Source: Acidobacteriaceae bacterium
GTDB taxonomy: Bacteria > Acidobacteriota > Terriglobia > Terriglobales > Acidobacteriaceae
Assembly: GCA_027311125.1 (NCBI GenBank)
Contig: DAICZO010000162.1
Location: forward strand, 92-64,091
Length of the DNA stretch: 64,000 nt
Direction of reading: 5' to 3'
Part shown: positions 60,546 to 64,000 of the stretch, piece after piece
How positions within the stretch are numbered: position 1 is the first letter of the stretch
Layout: each line of letters starts with the position of its first letter
Program-made: the position numbers and the translations under genes
Notes under the pieces: model-generated
The model's database searches: none
What the model was told of the DNA's origin: nothing
Seen by the model: only the letters and a program-made list of their open reading frames with translations

Positions 60546-62969
60546 CTAATGGGCCTTCAGGCTGGCCAGTAGATTGTGTGCCTCAGCCGCACGCTTTTCC
60601 CCCTCAGTACTCTTCAAAGGGGTCTGAGCATAGGTGGCGTCAGCCAGTTCGGCATGCGCCAATGCGTCTTTGAGTTTGCCCTGCCCCTGCAGCGCTACGG
60701 CCCAGACGAATTGAGTGAACGCCTTCTGTGACGATGGAGTGGTCCTGTCTTTGATAACCCGGTAGGCTTCCTCCGCATTGCGGACTGCTTCCTCGAAGTG
60801 CCCATTGAGTTCGTCGGCACGAGCAAGATAGATCAACGGCGTGTTCAAGTCGCTGGGGGCAGAGACGGCCTTGCGATAATCTGGCAGCTCTTGCTGAATG
60901 AGCGTCGCAGCCTCCTGAGTTCTTCCCAGCTTGATCATTGCGCGGGCTACCTGGATGCCTGCCTCCAGAGTCTGAAAGCTTCCTGCGCCCTGACAGGTTT
61001 TGAAGCCTTGAAACGAGAGTTCGTAGTAGGCTAGTGCCGCTTGAGGGTCGTGCGAATAATCGCGTATGTCGCCCAGTGTGGCCAGCGTGTCTGCCTGATC
61101 ACAGACCGTATAAGGCCGTCGCTTGAAGATCGTGAGTGCTTCCTGGGCCAGCCGCTCGGCCTCTTCAAGCCTTCCGATCTGGGCATATATCTCTGCGTTG
61201 TTCACGGTGGTCCAGGCCAATTGCCGGTCAGACACCGTGTGCGTGTGCACCATTCGATCAGCCTCGTCGAGCAGCTTCAGTTCCTTGTCCGAGCGCAGAC
61301 CAAGATTCCAATGGGCTGAAGCGTAAAGCTCGTCCGACCAGATCCGTGTGGAGATAGGAACCCCAGTTTGATGTGAGCGCTGCACGGCATCGGCCAGAAG
61401 CGCCTCTCCCTTGCTGCTGTCGCCAAGACGAAAGGCAGTGCTACCTCCAAAGGCTTCGGCTTCAACGAGTGGATTGGTCTCGTGGTCCCTTTTGGCGGTT
61501 GCAATGACCTCATCGAACAGGGATTGTGCAGGTTTGAGATCGACATTGTCGAACATCGATTCGCCAAGACTGAGCTGCGCCGCCCGGAGGTCGGACGGGT
61601 CTTTGATAAAGTCAGGCAACACCATTCCTCCAAGGTTGAGAAAGTCTTCAACTGTGGCAGTCGGCTTGCCCATGTAGTTTGTATTTGCCAGCTTGAAGAG
61701 GCTGTACATGAAGCTCTGCATTTGTTCGGCACGCTGACCGGCGACGACGGCCTGGTGCTGGCGCCAGAGGGCGTAGCCGGAGGTGGCCAGCAGTGCGAGT
61801 ACGGCGAAGACGCCGGTGATGACCGCCTTGCGGTTGCGGCGGACGAATTTGGTCAGGCGGTAGGTGGTGGTCTGCGAGCGGGCGAGGATGGGACGTCCGG
61901 CGAGGTAGCGCTGGATGTCGGTGATGAGGGCATCTACTGTGCTGTAGCGGTCTTTGGGCCGGGGTGCGAGGCACTTGGCGACCATCGTGGCCAGATCTCC
62001 ACGCAGCAGGTTCACAAGGCGGGTCGCTGTAACCCCGCGATGCGTCGCCGCCGCGGGCGTTACCGCTCCGGTGATAGGCTCAGGCGGCAACTCCTTGATA
62101 GATCGTTCGATCATCATGGCCACCGATCTGTCCTGGTTGGGGCGGCGGCCTGACAGCATCTCGAAAAGTATCGCCCCCAGCGCATACACGTCACAGGCAG
62201 TGGTCACCGGGTCGTTTCGCAGTTGCTCGGGGCTGGCATAAGCAGGTGTGGCCATCACGGTCGTCGTTAGCAGGCTATCTGGTTGGATCAGCTTGGAGGT
62301 GCCAAAGTCCAGCAGCTTAACCTGGCCTTCGTCCGCTGTAACGAGAATGTTCGACGGCTTCAGGTCGAGATGGACGATAAGGTTGCGGTGGGCATAAGCA
62401 ACCGCCTCGCAGACTTGAAGATACAGCTTCAGGCGTGCCGGAATATCTAGACTCCGGTCGTCGCAATAGGTGTCGAGGTGGATGCCATCCACATACTCCA
62501 TCACAAGGTACGGCTCTCCCGCGTCACTCAGTCCTGCATCCAGCATCCGAGTGATGTTCGGATGGTCCAACGACGCGAGAATGTGTTGCTCACGGGCAAA
62601 GCGTTCGGCAAAGGACGGCCCAGCAGCGTGCTGGGAGAGTACCTTCACCGCAGCGCGCTGAACCACGCCACCCGCTATTCGCTCCGTCAGATAAACAGTA
62701 CCAATACCGCCCGATCCCAGCAGGCGAACAATGGCGTAAGGCCCGATTCTGCGAATCACCTGTTCCGCTGTCGGTGCCACAGTCACTTCGTCAGCGCCAG
62801 GATCGGTAGCGCCTTCCCTCGCAAGGAGAATCAGCACCTTGGCACGTGTGCGCAACTCCGCGTCAGCGCAGGCACGCAAAAGCAACGCGTCTAGATCGGC
62901 CTCAGGATGCTCCTCCGCCAGATGAAAAAGGGACTGAAGGATCTCCCAGTTGTCAGCATCTTGGTTCAT
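60546..62969 (-). CDS. Membrane Ser/Thr protein kinase with TPR-like domain, copy 2
   Basis: GSGGIGTVY, AVK, HLDLKPSN, DFG, YASPEQ, TM segment; start MNQDADNWE aligns with copy 1 MRRDAETWE. Confidence 0.93.
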   Translation of the reverse strand: MNQDADNWEILQSLFHLAEEHPEADLDALLLRACADAELRTRAKVLILLAREGATDPGADEVTVAPTAEQVIRRIGPYAIVRLLGSGGIGTVYLTERIAGGVVQRAAVKVLSQHAAGPSFAERFAREQHILASLDHPNITRMLDAGLSDAGEPYLVMEYVDGIHLDTYCDDRSLDIPARLKLYLQVCEAVAYAHRNLIVHLDLKPSNILVTADEGQVKLLDFGTSKLIQPDSLLTTTVMATPAYASPEQLRNDPVTTACDVYALGAILFEMLSGRRPNQDRSVAMMIERSIKELPPEPITGAVTPAAATHRGVTATRLVNLLRGDLATMVAKCLAPRPKDRYSTVDALITDIQRYLAGRPILARSQTTTYRLTKFVRRNRKAVITGVFAVLALLATSGYALWRQHQAVVAGQRAEQMQSFMYSLFKLANTNYMGKPTATVEDFLNLGGMVLPDFIKDPSDLRAAQLSLGESMFDNVDLKPAQSLFDEVIATAKRDHETNPLVEAEAFGGSTAFRLGDSSKGEALLADAVQRSHQTGVPISTRIWSDELYASAHWNLGLRSDKELKLLDEADRMVHTHTVSDRQLAWTTVNNAEIYAQIGRLEEAERLAQEALTIFKRRPYTVCDQADTLATLGDIRDYSHDPQAALAYYELSFQGFKTCQGAGSFQTLEAGIQVARAMIKLGRTQEAATLIQQELPDYRKAVSAPSDLNTPLIYLARADELNGHFEEAVRNAEEAYRVIKDRTTPSSQKAFTQFVWAVALQGQGKLKDALAHAELADATYAQTPLKSTEGEKRAAEAHNLLASLKAH

Positions 62970-62989
62970 AAGTCTCTTCTCTTCCAGTA

Positions 62990-63016
62990 CGCGACATCTG
63001 GGCAAACACCGTGTCA
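62990..63016 (-). promoter_or_regulatory. Candidate ECF promoter TGAC-N19-CGCG upstream of kinase 2
   Basis: Minus strand TGAC (63013-63016) and CGCG (62990-62993). Confidence 0.6.
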
Positions 63017-63055
63017 GTCTCGGGCTGATTCAGCAGGGTTCACAAAAGCAATCAA

Positions 63056-63616
63056 TCATCCTGCTTTCAATCGATCTTTCAGCCAAGTGCGGACAAACCT
63101 CATATCGCGGTTCACGCTGGCCGTCGAAACGTGAAGTAGCTCCGCCGCTTCGTCCGCAGTAAAGCCCAGGAAAAAACGGATTTCGAGCATGCGGCACTTG
63201 CGGGGATCAATCCGTTCCAGCTCATGGATGACACGGTCTAGATCGATGGCATCCACAGGATTGTCGTCGATCCACAGCATGTTCTCATGCAGCGGGACGG
63301 AGACACCGCCGTCGCGCTTTTTGCGTCCCTCTGAGCGCGCGTGATCCAGCAACACCCTGCGCATCAGTTGTGCGCACAGACAATAGAAGTGCTCACGGTC
63401 TTCAAACCGGAGACTGCGTTGACGAAGCAGCTTCAGAAAGAGTTCGTTAACCACGCATGTGGGTTGTAGCAGGTTCTCAGGTCGCTCACGTCGAAAGAGC
63501 GCACCGGCTATTCGGCGCAAATCCGGATACACCAACTCAAAGAGGGCGTCCGTGGATGCCGTGCTATCTTCGCTCCATGCGTGAAGCAGTGCTGTGATTT
63601 CACCTGGTGTCGACAC
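63056..63616 (-). CDS. ECF sigma factor, Ser/Thr-kinase-associated (ECF43/EcfK-like), copy 2
   Basis: PGEITALL, LLQPTCVVNELF, MRRVLLDHAR..KRDGG; visibly paralogous to 9709..10275. Confidence 0.9.
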   Translation of the reverse strand: MSTPGEITALLHAWSEDSTASTDALFELVYPDLRRIAGALFRRERPENLLQPTCVVNELFLKLLRQRSLRFEDREHFYCLCAQLMRRVLLDHARSEGRKKRDGGVSVPLHENMLWIDDNPVDAIDLDRVIHELERIDPRKCRMLEIRFFLGFTADEAAELLHVSTASVNRDMRFVRTWLKDRLKAG

Positions 63617-63998
63617 GTAATCCTACCCGCAGGCTCCCCGGAATGTAACAGTGATGTTGAACAGAGTATGACACGCTGTGGCCACGAAGGGTGACCACCA
63701 TTTTCATCCTGCCCGTTACGGTGCGGACATCTTCTGGATGAAATTTCGCCGACCATGCCAGCGCCTCTCTAGCAGTCTCACAAAACTTGATCCGCGTGGT
63801 ACGGAGGTTTGGAGCGAGCCTCACCCCGGTTCGGAGTTCGAACTTTCGCTGACGGTAGAGTTCAGTCGCGGCTCCCCGTGGGCCAACCTTCTCCCGTTTC
63901 CGAACACTGCCCTGCTGGTACCAAGTCCACCAGGTGCCTAAGCCCGGGTCTTTCTCGTAAACGCCTCTGGCCTTAACAGGTGCCTTTCGTGTTGCCAT
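63600..63998 (-). pseudogene. N-terminal fragment of a phage-type tyrosine integrase
   Basis: RGVYEKDPG.GTWW..Y...RKREKVG arm-binding-like N-terminus; no catalytic domain before the sigma gene. Confidence 0.55.
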
Positions 63999-64000
63999 AA

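Noticed and set aside
1-64000. CRISPR array, retron/DGR reverse transcriptase, toxin-antitoxin or restriction systems
   Set aside because: No regularly spaced repeats and no RT, Cas or nuclease motifs were found by eye; repeats in the SBBP/Ig genes are protein-level only

Overview
GC-rich bacterial chromosome segment. Gene content (PEP-CTERM, SBBP/Ig-like surface proteins, an Oar-like TonB receptor remnant) suggests Acidobacteriota; this is inference. Core genes are an M16 peptidase pair, glmU, tmRNA, rsmB-fmt-def-aroC, yhaM-like, SurA-like PPIase, ctpA, tRNA-Gly(CCC) and ruvX. Accessory blocks are (i) an island downstream of tmRNA, (ii) an ars cluster plus a Ybh-type ABC efflux operon, and (iii) a decaying region from about 42.4 kb to the end, with FGE/sulfatase, a sigma54-linked CzcCBA-type pump and several gene remnants. 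The most notable signal is two paralogous cassettes (9.7-17.4 kb on +, 56.5-63.6 kb on -). Each is an ECF sigma factor with a QPT phospho-motif, a membrane non-RD Ser/Thr kinase with a TPR-like ectodomain, and a ~1300-aa SBBP/Ig-like surface protein. A TGAC-N19-CGC motif lies upstream of both kinase genes and both surface-protein genes but not the sigma genes. Several genes carry point lesions (2 nonsense, 2 frameshifts, 1 catalytic substitution) that may be assembly errors. All calls come from motif recognition by eye; no searches were run.
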